Positions 1 to 9,000 of a stretch of DNA of 32,000 nucleotides are shown piece after piece. Below the pieces are notes generated by a model. The model searched no databases. It was not told the origin of the DNA and worked only from the letters and a program-made list of their open reading frames with translations. The stretch spans positions 180,001-212,000 of the forward strand of contig AP031373.1 in NCBI GenBank assembly GCA_042850255.1. Direction: 5' to 3'. Every line of letters begins with the position of its first letter. Position 1 is the first letter of the stretch. Position numbers and translations under genes: made by a program. Origin of the DNA: Nanobdellota archaeon (GTDB lineage Archaea; Nanobdellota; Nanobdellia; Nanobdellales; Nanobdellaceae).

Positions 1-474
1 TTCATCATCTTTCACTGAGAAATTATTGATTATATCATTTAATTTTTCTTCAGGAATATTTTTACTCTTCATTTTCCTTTTAATAATTTCCAATCTTTTT
101 TTATCTTTTAAATTTAATCTTAAAATCATAACTTTAGAGTAATGTATTGGTCTATATACTTCTTTTCCTCTTTTATTAGTAAATTTAACATTATCTATGT
201 ATATTTTGTATCTTTTTCTATCTATGTATACGACAAATCCTTCAACATTTCTATATTTTCCCCTTAATACCTTAACATAATCCCCAACTCTTAATGGTAA
301 AGAATTAATATTAATTATATTTTTTATATCTTTTGATAACATAGAAGAAATTATTTTACCTCTAATATGTAAAGGAGCATTAATTATATACTTCCTTTGT
401 TTTTTTGGTTTTTTAGAACTATTCCAAGAAGGACTCCAATCTTTATAATTTATATTATTAATTTTTAATACCAT
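1..474 (-). CDS. rpl24: 50S ribosomal protein uL24 (L24); 3' end runs off the window
   Basis: Absent from the ORF track because it has no stop in the window. My translation from the ATG (rc of 472-474) gives MVLKINNINYKDWSPSWNSSKKPKKQRKYIINAPLHIRGKIISSMLSKDI...LPLRVGDYVKVLRGKYRNVEGFVVYIDRKRYKIYIDNV. It has the KQRK..APLH motif and a KOW-type GD.V.V.RG..G motif. It follows uL14 as in the archaeal S17-L14-L24 order. The frame stays open for all 158 codons to position 1, so the protein has N- and C-terminal extensions relative to typical L24 of about 120 aa. Confidence 0.85.
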   Translation of the reverse strand, partial: MVLKINNINYKDWSPSWNSSKKPKKQRKYIINAPLHIRGKIISSMLSKDIKNIININSLPLRVGDYVKVLRGKYRNVEGFVVYIDRKRYKIYIDNVKFTNKRGKEVYRPIHYSKVMILRLNLKDKKRLEIIKRKMKSKNIPEEKLNDIINNFSVKDDE

Positions 475-475
475 T

Positions 476-880
476 TTATACTATTATACTTGCTATTTTT
501 CCAATTTCTGGCCACCTTTCTACAACTTCCCTTGCTACAGGTCCTCTTATAACAGTACCTGCTGGAGATCCTGTTTTTTCATCCTTAATTATAACACAAG
601 CATTATCTTCAAATTTTATCCTAGTTCCATCTTTTCTTTTATATTCCTTTCTTTGTCTTATTATAACCGCTTTCATTACTTTTCCTATTAATGATAAATC
701 CCCATCTATTATTGATACAGAAACTAAATCACCAACTCCAGCTTTTGCATATCTTCTCTTTATACCCTTATATCTAGATACAGAAACAACTTTTGCCAAC
801 TTTGCCTTAGAATTATCAGCTACTTTTAATATTGTACCTACATTTATTCCCTTAGTTATACTTGCGCTAATTGGCTTCAT
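476..880 (-). CDS. rpl14: 50S ribosomal protein uL14 (L14)
   Basis: Full-length match to the uL14 pattern: VADNSKAK, AGVGDLVSVSI, AVIIRQRKEYKRKDGTRIKFEDNACVI, GPVAREV. It overlaps S17 by 4 nt. Confidence 0.95.
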   Translation of the reverse strand: MKPISASITKGINVGTILKVADNSKAKLAKVVSVSRYKGIKRRYAKAGVGDLVSVSIIDGDLSLIGKVMKAVIIRQRKEYKRKDGTRIKFEDNACVIIKDEKTGSPAGTVIRGPVAREVVERWPEIGKIASIIV

Positions 881-1212
881 ATTTTATTAATTACAACAAA
901 TTTTATTGTCTTTGATAAAGGCCTTGTTTCTCCAATCATTACTTTATCCCCTATATTAATATTTAAACATTTTGGAACATGAGCTTTTATTTTTGATTCC
1001 CTAGTTTCATATCTCTCATATTTAGGTAAATAGTAATACCTTGTAAACCTTACTAAAGCAACATTATGTTTTATTCTAACTACTTCTCCTTCAAATACAA
1101 ATCCTCTAATTCTAATTTCCCCATGCCATGGGCATTTTTTATCATTACATATATTTTCTGGAGGATTTATCCCTTCGATTCCTATATCTTTAACATAAGT
1201 CTTTTGTACCAT
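877..1212 (-). CDS. rps17: 30S ribosomal protein uS17 (S17)
   Basis: CPWHGEIRIRG..EGEVV, YLPKYERYETRESKIKAHVP and IGDKVMIGETRPLSKTIKFVV are hallmarks of archaeal S17. Confidence 0.93.
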   Translation of the reverse strand: MVQKTYVKDIGIEGINPPENICNDKKCPWHGEIRIRGFVFEGEVVRIKHNVALVRFTRYYYLPKYERYETRESKIKAHVPKCLNINIGDKVMIGETRPLSKTIKFVVINKI

Positions 1213-1250
1213 GTTTCATATAAATTATAAATAAATTTAAAAATAGTGAT

Positions 1251-1312
1251 AATTATGATGAAGGATCAACGATCTGATATAATGATGATTGATGGGCAAA
1301 ACTGATATAAAA
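1251..1312 (+). ncRNA. C/D-box sRNA (2'-O-methylation guide), sRNA-1
   Basis: Box layout: C box ATGATGA 1255-1261; 12-nt guide AGGATCAACGAT 1262-1273; D' box CTGA 1274-1277; 4-5 nt linker; C' box (A)TGATGA 1282-1288; 13-nt guide TTGATGGGCAAAA 1289-1301; D box CTGA 1302-1305. AATT flanks at 1251-1254 and 1311-1314 can pair. A TATA-like TTATAAATAAA starts about 30 nt upstream of the C box. Confidence 0.8.
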
Positions 1313-1325
1313 TTTTAATAATTTA

Positions 1326-1439
1326 GTGGGCGGGCTTCCGTGCTTTCCCGGCTTTCGCCAGTACTCACACGGACGTGGGCCGGCTTGACTTCCGTGTTCG
1401 AAATGGGAACGGGTTTTTCCCGGCCACTTTGGCCGCCCT
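1326..1439 (-). rRNA. rrf: 5S ribosomal RNA (orphan, not linked to 16S/23S in this window)
   Basis: GC-rich island. The reverse complement reads GGGCGGCCAAAGUGGCCGGGAAAAACCCGUUCCCAUUUCGAACACGGAAGUCAAGCCGGCCCACGUCCGUGUGAGUACUGGCGAAAGCCGGGAAAGCACGGAAGCCCGCCCAC. It contains the universal 5S loop C/helix III signature CCCAUUUCGAACACGGAAGUCAAGCC, and helix I pairs GGGCGG with CCGCCC. The ends are good to about 3 nt. Confidence 0.9.
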
Positions 1440-1466
1440 TAATTTTTTCTTATTTATGAATATTTT

Positions 1467-1751
1467 TTAAATTTTTCTAATATTGAACCTTTTAACATTA
1501 CCGCAGTATAAACATTTATATATTATTCTTCCTTTTCTTATTCTTATTTGTAATGTTTTACCAATTATCCAGGGAGTATAACATCTTTTGCAAAATTTAT
1601 TTCTTAAATATTTTGGCAATCTTATTCTTGCTTTATTTTTTATTCTCCATAATATATAAATATATCTTCTAGCCAATTCTAAATTATCTATATTCTCCAG
1701 AGATTTTCTATATAATTCTTTTATCCTTTTTCTAGCTATTCTTTTATACAT
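1467..1751 (-). CDS. rnp4: RNase P protein component 4 (Rpp21/Rpr2 family)
   Basis: IARKRIKELY...LELARRYIYILWRIKNKARIRLPKYLRNKFCKRCYTPWIIGKTLQIRIR...IIYKCLYCGNVKRF aligns along its length with Pyrococcus Rpp21 as I remember it (ELAKRY...KIPRKWKRRYCKKCHAFLVPG...VRLR...VKCLECGH). It has a C4 zinc ribbon. Confidence 0.85.
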   Translation of the reverse strand: MYKRIARKRIKELYRKSLENIDNLELARRYIYILWRIKNKARIRLPKYLRNKFCKRCYTPWIIGKTLQIRIRKGRIIYKCLYCGNVKRFNIRKI

Positions 1752-2094
1752 AAATCTTTATATCTTTTTCTTCATTTTTATCCAAATTTTTTACATATAT
1801 TATTATATTATCCTCAGAAGAGGAATTTACTTTAGGAATTAATATCTCTACTTTTTCTTTTCTATATTTATCTATCGGTATAACTACTGGGGAAATTAAA
1901 TTATAATACATTCTAAATTTTAAAGCGGCATATTGATCTTTAAAGTTTATATATTTGGTTCCTACTTCAAATTTTCTAATATATGGAGAATGATTTTTTA
2001 TTGTTAATATAATCTTTTTTGAATATCTAAAATTGTCTACATCTTCAGATATTTCCACTTCTATATCCCATCTATCTTGTAAACTTTCTGTCAT
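1744..2094 (-). CDS. hypothetical protein (116 aa, probably a small beta-rich domain)
   Basis: The ORF is translationally coupled on both sides (8-nt and 4-nt overlaps). I recognise no family. Confidence 0.6.
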   Translation of the reverse strand: MTESLQDRWDIEVEISEDVDNFRYSKKIILTIKNHSPYIRKFEVGTKYINFKDQYAALKFRMYYNLISPVVIPIDKYRKEKVEILIPKVNSSSEDNIIIYVKNLDKNEEKDIKIYV

Positions 2095-2444
2095 AATAAT
2101 TTTAATGATCCAGTTATTTTATCAATTTTTTCCTCATAATCAGGACCTATACCTATACATGTAATAGTACCTGGTGGTAATTGAGTCAAACCAGCATCCT
2201 TTATTAATACTGTATTTAAACCTTCTTGTACGGATTTATTATATATTTCCATTAATTTATCCAAATTTTCAACATAAACAACTATTTTTTTCCCACCTTC
2301 ATTTCTCCATTCTTCTACAATTTTTTTATCTTTTTTTAATTGTTCCAATACACATTCTACTGCAGCATGAGCTACTTGTACACATAATTTTCCTTTTCCT
2401 ATATCTAGATCCTTTCTTACTACAACTACTAATTTATAAACCAT
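2091..2444 (-). CDS. pth2: peptidyl-tRNA hydrolase, archaeal type (Pth2)
   Basis: KLVVVVRKDLDIGKGKLCVQVAHAAV...KIVVYV...LIKDAGLTQLPPGTITCIGIGP is the canonical Pth2 pattern. Confidence 0.92.
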   Translation of the reverse strand: MVYKLVVVVRKDLDIGKGKLCVQVAHAAVECVLEQLKKDKKIVEEWRNEGGKKIVVYVENLDKLMEIYNKSVQEGLNTVLIKDAGLTQLPPGTITCIGIGPDYEEKIDKITGSLKLL

Positions 2445-2796
2445 CTAATCCTTTTAATTTTTCTAATAATAATTTCATCTTGTAATTATCTATCTTTTCA
2501 TTTATTAATTCTTCATTTATTTTTTTATTTAAATCGTCTAATTTTCTATTTATTTCATTCAAAACAGAATATATATTCTTTATTTCTCCTTCTAAGCTAT
2601 TATATTTATTTTCTATTATATTTATCCTATCATCTCTTTTTTTATTTTCTTCTTGAATATTATAAATTTCATTTTTTATTTTATTAGTTTCTTCTTTTAT
2701 TTCATCTATATATCTTTTCAAACTTTCCAATATTTTTTCATATTCTTCAAAATCTAATAATTTATTGATAATTTTATCATAATTAATATCATCCAT
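2434..2796 (-). CDS. coiled-coil protein, function unknown
   Basis: 120 aa, K/E/N/I-rich with heptad-like periodicity throughout. No beta-hairpin, so it is not obviously prefoldin. Confidence 0.6.
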   Translation of the reverse strand: MDDINYDKIINKLLDFEEYEKILESLKRYIDEIKEETNKIKNEIYNIQEENKKRDDRINIIENKYNSLEGEIKNIYSVLNEINRKLDDLNKKINEELINEKIDNYKMKLLLEKLKGLDGL

Positions 2797-2835
2797 AAAA
2801 ATATTTTTCTATTCTTGTATTGATAAATATTATTT

Positions 2836-3357
2836 ATGATAATAAGATTGCATCAAACATTAAGTTCATTCGTAACTTATATATTATTATACTATATATT
2901 TAATTTTGATAAATTATCTGCAATAATTTTAGCTATATTTGTAGGATTTCTATCAACAATACCCGATTTTGATTATAAGATATTTACATGGAGCAATAAA
3001 CAATATATGTTTTTAAACAAAACTAAATTAAAATATCCGTTATTTCCATATTATTTATTTATTTTGTTTCTTATAAAAGTCTTTAAACATAGAGGTATTA
3101 CCCATTCAATTTTTCCAGTATTATTTTTCTTTATATTAGGATTTTTTATAATAAGTTTTTTCTATTTATTTTCTTTAGCTTTTTTACTACATATGTTAGA
3201 AGATTCTCTGACAGTTTCTGGCATACAACCTTTCTATCCATTATCAAATTATAAATTTGTAATACCTATCTTAAATAATAAAAAACATAGGAATATACAA
3301 ATAATTTTGTCTTATCTAATAATATTTATCTTTATTTATTTTATAATTTTCTTATGA
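2836..3357 (+). CDS. membrane-bound metal-dependent hydrolase-like protein (DUF457/YdjM family)
   Basis: Polytopic membrane protein with KHRGITHSIF and LLHMLEDSLTVSGIQPFYPLS motifs typical of DUF457. The start codon is uncertain. Confidence 0.65.
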   Translation: MIIRLHQTLSSFVTYILLYYIFNFDKLSAIILAIFVGFLSTIPDFDYKIFTWSNKQYMFLNKTKLKYPLFPYYLFILFLIKVFKHRGITHSIFPVLFFFILGFFIISFFYLFSLAFLLHMLEDSLTVSGIQPFYPLSNYKFVIPILNNKKHRNIQIILSYLIIFIFIYFIIFL

Positions 3358-3884
3358 GAATATTTATAGCAATAGATTTGCCGGAAAAAATAAAAGAAGA
3401 AATATATAAATTAGAGAAAAAAGTTAAAGGTATATATGGGAAAGGGGTTGAAAAAGAAAATCTACATATAACATTAAAATTTATAGGAGAAGTTCAACCG
3501 GATTTTGTACAAAAGATAAAAGAACAATTAAATAATGTAAAATATAATAAATTTTATATCAGAATAGAAAATTACGGAATATTTAATGATAGAGTACTTT
3601 GGTTAGGTCTATCTAAAGGATTTGAAGATATAATAAATTTACATAATTTAATAGATGAACAATTAAAAAATTTAAAAATTGAAAGAGATTATGATTTTCA
3701 TCCACATATTACTTTATATAGAATAAAAGAAATAAATAGTAAAAAAGACTTTGAAGAATCTCTAAAATATTTAAAAGATTATATATCTGAAGATATTTTA
3801 ATAGATAAATTTATACTAAAACAAAGTATACTAAGATATGAAGGACCCTTATATTTAAATGTATCAGAATATAAACTATTATAA
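3354..3884 (+). CDS. thpR: RNA 2',3'-cyclic phosphodiesterase / 2'-5' RNA ligase (ThpR/LigT, 2H family)
   Basis: MRIFIAIDLP at the N-terminus and two HxT motifs (NLHITLKF and HPHITLYR) at the expected spacing. Confidence 0.88.
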   Translation: MRIFIAIDLPEKIKEEIYKLEKKVKGIYGKGVEKENLHITLKFIGEVQPDFVQKIKEQLNNVKYNKFYIRIENYGIFNDRVLWLGLSKGFEDIINLHNLIDEQLKNLKIERDYDFHPHITLYRIKEINSKKDFEESLKYLKDYISEDILIDKFILKQSILRYEGPLYLNVSEYKLL

Positions 3885-3910
3885 ATATTACCATAAAAAA
3901 TATTTTTATA

Positions 3911-4108
3911 ATGGCTGGTGATTTATTACCTGAATTAAAAGCTAGAAAATTTGATAGGATATTTATATGTAGAAAATGTGGAGCTAGAATTAGAGCAGAT
4001 CCTGATAAAGTTAGAGCTGGAAAAGTTAGATGTAGAAAATGTGGATCTAAAGCTTTAAGACCAAAGAAATCAGAGATTGTATTAGTAGCTGGAAAAACTA
4101 CTAAATGA
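3911..4108 (+). CDS. rpl40e: 50S ribosomal protein L40e
   Basis: KFDRIFICRKCGARIRA....RCRKCGSKALRPKK zinc-ribbon pattern of L40e. Confidence 0.9.
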   Translation: MAGDLLPELKARKFDRIFICRKCGARIRADPDKVRAGKVRCRKCGSKALRPKKSEIVLVAGKTTK

Positions 4109-5211
4109 ACTTTTCTTTTAGTTTACCTAATACATCTATAATTGAAATAGGGATAATTTTTTTAGCTTTAAATATAATTTTTTTAACATTAAAATTATTG
4201 TATAAAAATAACACTGATTATAAAATTATATATGGGATGTTTAAAACAAAAAGATATACTGAAATAATGGAAAAAGCTTCTAATAGTATTTATTCTAAAA
4301 TATTATCTATATCTTCATTGTTTTTATCACCAATTACCATTTTTTTATCAATATTTTTCTTATTTATAGGATTAATTACTTATACTCCAACTTATGTACC
4401 AGTAATTCCTGGAGCTTCATATGGTGTATTTTCTATCCCAGTAATTCAATCTATAATTGCAATATTTATTGCTGCATTTATTCATGAATTTTCTCACGGA
4501 GTTTTAGTATATAAAAATAAATTAAATTTAAAATCTTGGGGATTCTTCTATATAGGTCCTTTAATGGGGGCATTTGTAGAGCCAGATGATAAAGAAGTAG
4601 AAAAAATAGATAAAAAAGAACAATTAAAAATATATGGAGCAGGGGCTACTATAAATATAATCGCTGGATTAATATTTTTAGGACTATTTTTATTATTTTC
4701 TTATATAATATCAATATTTAATTTAGCAAAACCATATGTAGAAATTGTTGGAACTATCCCACATACCAATGCTTATAATGTAATACCAAATAATACTATA
4801 TTATATTCCATAGATAATACTTCTATAAGTTATATAAACCAAATAGGAACAATAGATCAACATTTGAAACCTGGAGAATATGTTTATTTATCTACAAGTT
4901 CCGGAAATTATTATATAAAAACTACTGAAATTGATAATAGAACATATATTGGGATAATAGTTGAACAACAATATAAATATCCAAATCCTTCAATTCCATT
5001 CTTTTCTTCATTATTATTATGGTTGTTTATAATAAATATAGGATTGGGAATTGGAAATATGCTACCAATATATCCATTAGATGGTGGAAGAGCATTGAAA
5101 TCTATATTGGAAATGTTCTTAGATGAGGAAAAAACCAAAAAGATAATAAATATAATATCTATTATAGTTGTAATATTAATATTATATAATATTTCATTCT
5201 TATGGATATAG
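4105..5211 (+). CDS. site-2 protease family (M50) intramembrane metalloprotease with an internal PDZ-like region
   Basis: HEFSHG (HExxH) lies in a TM helix, and the second ligand motif is NMLPIYPLDGG. The protein has multiple TM segments. Confidence 0.85.
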   Translation: MNFSFSLPNTSIIEIGIIFLALNIIFLTLKLLYKNNTDYKIIYGMFKTKRYTEIMEKASNSIYSKILSISSLFLSPITIFLSIFFLFIGLITYTPTYVPVIPGASYGVFSIPVIQSIIAIFIAAFIHEFSHGVLVYKNKLNLKSWGFFYIGPLMGAFVEPDDKEVEKIDKKEQLKIYGAGATINIIAGLIFLGLFLLFSYIISIFNLAKPYVEIVGTIPHTNAYNVIPNNTILYSIDNTSISYINQIGTIDQHLKPGEYVYLSTSSGNYYIKTTEIDNRTYIGIIVEQQYKYPNPSIPFFSSLLLWLFIINIGLGIGNMLPIYPLDGGRALKSILEMFLDEEKTKKIINIISIIVVILILYNISFLWI

Positions 5212-5483
5212 AAAAATATAAAGAATATTTGAAAAAAGGATATATTTTAACAAAAGACACATGTCCAGTGTGTAATAATATATTACTAAAAGATTCAAGA
5301 ACTGGCTTAGAAATTTGTATAAATTGTGGATATAAAAAAGATAATGATGATATATTAATGGAAAAAGAAGGTTACTTATTATCGGAATTACAAAAAGAAA
5401 GAGATATAGATAAAATATATAAGATATTAAAAAGTTTGTATTTAATCAAAAAATTAAGGTCTAGAAGATTTTCTAATAAATAA
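5202..5483 (+). CDS. UPF0148 / autoantigen-p27-like zinc-ribbon protein
   Basis: The CPVCNNILLKDSRTGLEICINCG C4 ribbon followed by a helical tail matches the archaeal UPF0148 layout. The gene overlaps the 3' end of the convergent translin-like gene by 30 nt. Confidence 0.55.
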   Translation: MDIEKYKEYLKKGYILTKDTCPVCNNILLKDSRTGLEICINCGYKKDNDDILMEKEGYLLSELQKERDIDKIYKILKSLYLIKKLRSRRFSNK

Positions 5484-6026
5484 CTTATCAGTTAATAAAT
5501 TATATATTTCTCCTACATAATCTACTTTTCTCCTTATATCATAATTTTTAAATTCCATATATAGCATATATTTGTAAATTTCCAATATTATATCTCTAGC
5601 TTTTTCTGCAAATTCCAAATTATTTTTTAACATCTCTTCAATAGACTTTCTATATAATTCACCAACGAAATCCATTAATCCTAAAACATAGCAATATTCA
5701 TCAATACTTATTTCATCATTTTTTGGTATTTTATCATTTAATATAAAAGAATAGAATATTTTTGCTTCTGCATATTCCTGATAATTAACTATAACATTAT
5801 TATATAATCTAGGCTCCTCTCTTATTATTTTATCTATTTCTTCTTTATATTTATCCATCTCTTTCATATAATTTTTTGCAGATTCTATATCTCCCCTTAT
5901 TACTGAATATATAATAGATTTTGATGTTCTATTCAATTTTATACCTAATTCTATAACTTTATCTCTTTTTTCTTCAAATTCTTTGAATTTATTTTTCAAA
6001 TAATCTATGTAATCCTTTTCTATCAT
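5454..6026 (-). CDS. translin-family protein
   Basis: All-helical, about 190 aa, with the YVLGLMDFVGELYRKSIE motif (GL.D..GEL.R) characteristic of translin/TRAX. Confidence 0.7.
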   Translation of the reverse strand: MIEKDYIDYLKNKFKEFEEKRDKVIELGIKLNRTSKSIIYSVIRGDIESAKNYMKEMDKYKEEIDKIIREEPRLYNNVIVNYQEYAEAKIFYSFILNDKIPKNDEISIDEYCYVLGLMDFVGELYRKSIEEMLKNNLEFAEKARDIILEIYKYMLYMEFKNYDIRRKVDYVGEIYNLLTDKLFIRKSSRP

Positions 6027-6060
6027 GATAAAAATAATTATTTTAATAGAATTTTAAAAA

Positions 6061-9000
6061 TTAGATAATATGCATTATTGTATTTACTATACTAGAAGCT
6101 ATACTTGTTATAGTACTAGCTATACTACCCAATGATGACGCTAAGTTACCTGGTCTAGAATATTTCACATGATAAGTAAATTCTTGTGATGCTGATCCAA
6201 TTAGATTTTGTCCAACATAAACAGATGCTGTAATAGTTACTGTATAGGTACCTACTGGAGTACTACTAGATGAAGATATTTTTACTGATTCTCCACAAGA
6301 TGAATACTTTATATAACAAATATTACCATTTGGGAAGGAACAAGATATTCCATCATTACTAGGTGCACTACATGAAAATTGTACTTCATCATAATTTCCC
6401 AATTTCTTTGTTAAACTTGCTACTGCTTGTGTATATGCACTTCCTCCTGGAGAGGAATATCCTGAAGATGGAGATAAAGATAATCCAACTTCTGATGAAC
6501 TTGATTGCTGTACTGTATAAGTAAATGTTGAAGAGGTGGATACAGTAGAACTTGTTCCTGTATGTGCAAATGCTTCAATAGTTATACTATATGTACCTGG
6601 AGATACTGATGATGAAGATGTTATATTAATTGGTATTGAACATGAGCCCGAATAAATTGTACAATATTTACCATCTGGGAATGAACATGTGAATCCAGAA
6701 GGAGCATTACATATAAAATCTACTCTAGTACCAGTACTTAATGTTGATGAAGAAACATCTGCAGTCGTAGATGCACTTCCTCCAGGAGAAGAAGATCCTG
6801 AAGATGGAGATAATGTTAAAGATAATTGATTATTTGAACTTGGTGGTTGATTATTTGATGATTGCTGTACTGTATATGAAAAACTTTGTGAAGATGAATA
6901 ACCATTTGTAGACGCACTAATTGTTACAGTATATGTTCCTGAAGGAGTATTGCTACTAGAAGAAATATCTACTATTACATTACATTCTCCAGGATAACCT
7001 GTTCCAGTATGACTAATATAACAATAATTGCCATATGGGAAGGAACAAGATATTCCATCATTACTAGGTGCACTACATGAAAATGTTATCTTTTGATGTC
7101 CTCCTAAACTATAAACAGCTTCTGCTGATATATATAAACTTTGACCTGGAGAAGATGAACCTGAAGATTGGTTTAATGTTAATGATAATGGAGATTGGCT
7201 AGATGACTGTTGTACTGTATAAGTAAATGTTGCAGATGCTGATTGAGATTGACCATTTATATATCCAGATACTGTAACTGTTATGTTATATGTACCTGAA
7301 GGAGTATTACTAGATGAAGATATATTTACTGGCCAATCTATAGTAGTAGAATGATCTACATATGCATTATTACCATCTGGGAATAAACAAGATATTCCAG
7401 AAGGAGCATTACAGGAGAATCTAAGATGAGTATATCCACTTGTTACTACATTTACTACTGCTTCTGTACTTGCACTTCCTCCTGGAGAGGAATATCCTGA
7501 AGAAGGATTTAGTGTTATAGAAAGTGGGCTAGATGTTTGGTTTGTACTATTAGTTGATGAATTGGATGATGGAAATTCATAAATTCCCAATGACGCTAAA
7601 CCGAGTGCTGATGCAGAAAGATAATTTCCTGAAATAGTATATGTTCCTGGGGATTGATTATAACATACTGCAAAGAATGAAGTAGTAAAATAATATGGGT
7701 CGCTTTTATCTACTAATACTTGACAACCAGAAGGTACATTAATAGAGGTACATCCATAATTACCACATGCCAAAGATATAACTACATTAGAAGTAGTGTT
7801 TAATGTATAAGAATATGAAAACTTACCTTGTTGATCATATGTAGTACCTTGGAAAATATAATTTTCATTTGTATCTATTGCTACTCCTCCAATAGTTACA
7901 AAATATCCAGACTCTGTTGCTGATCCTACTGTTGCTGAACATACATTAGAACTTTGATATCCTAAACTAGAAAAATCTTGTTCACTTTCCTGAACATTCC
8001 ATGAAACTGATGAAAATGGATAATTTGAAGTAGCACCATTACATAAATATAGATTAGCAGATGGTAAGGATATAGATTCAGAAATTGGTCCCGGTGATCC
8101 TGTATTATATGTTGTGGAATTATAACCAACTATACTAAATCCAGAATTACTTGGAGATGGTCCTGGTGATGGAGAAGGTGAAGGAGGTGGTGAGGGGCTG
8201 GGGGAAGGTGATGGACTAGATGAAGAAAATTCGTATATACCTATAGAAGCTATACCATTTGGATTAGATATAGAAACTTGGTATGTTCCTGGAGATTGAT
8301 TATAACATACAGCAATAAATGAGGTCCCTAGACTATTTAAATCACTATTATCTACTAATACTTGACAACCAGAAGGTACATTTATTGAACTACAAGAGCT
8401 ATATCCACAAGCGACAGATATAACCACATTAGATGGTTCGTTTACATTATAATTATATGATGTTGATTGAGATTGACTTCCAAAATAGTATGTAGTTCCT
8501 TGGAAAGTATAATTTTCATCCGTGACTATAGCAATACCTCCTAAAGAAAAACCATAAAAGTAAGAACTACCTAAATAAGGGACGTTTATAGAACACTCGC
8601 CTGAATTTTGATATCCTAGACTTGTATAAATGAGATTTCCTAAAGTACCAGGTACGCTACTTTCTTGCTGAACATTCCATGAAACTGAAGATAACGTTGG
8701 ACTTCCTCCAGCATTGCATATATATATTGATGCTCCTGAAGGTAAAGATAATGATAAAACTGTATTTCCATTTATAGAATCTATATCATTATATCCATAT
8801 CCAATAACTTCAAAGTTCGAATTTTGATTATTATTAGATGGCTGATTACCTCCTGAATTATTATTGGAGTTATTATTATTAGAATTATTATTGTTATTAT
8901 TTGAATTGTTACCTCCAGAATTGTTGTTATTATTGTTGTTGTTATTATTAGAATTATTATTATTGTTATTAGAATTATTAGAAGATCCTTCTATAGTATA

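Noticed and set aside
1-30. TCATCA/TCAG strings (C/D-like boxes on the minus strand) at the window start
   Set aside because: They lie inside the rpl24 coding frame in the wrong order and spacing for a C/D sRNA.
2174-2485. Plus-strand 103-aa ORF overlapping pth2
   Set aside because: It is antisense to a strongly conserved Pth2 gene and its sequence is low-complexity and hydrophobic. The same reasoning applies to 4911-5138, 10038-10286, 13017-13211, 17873-18190, 19188-19400 and 28844-29053.
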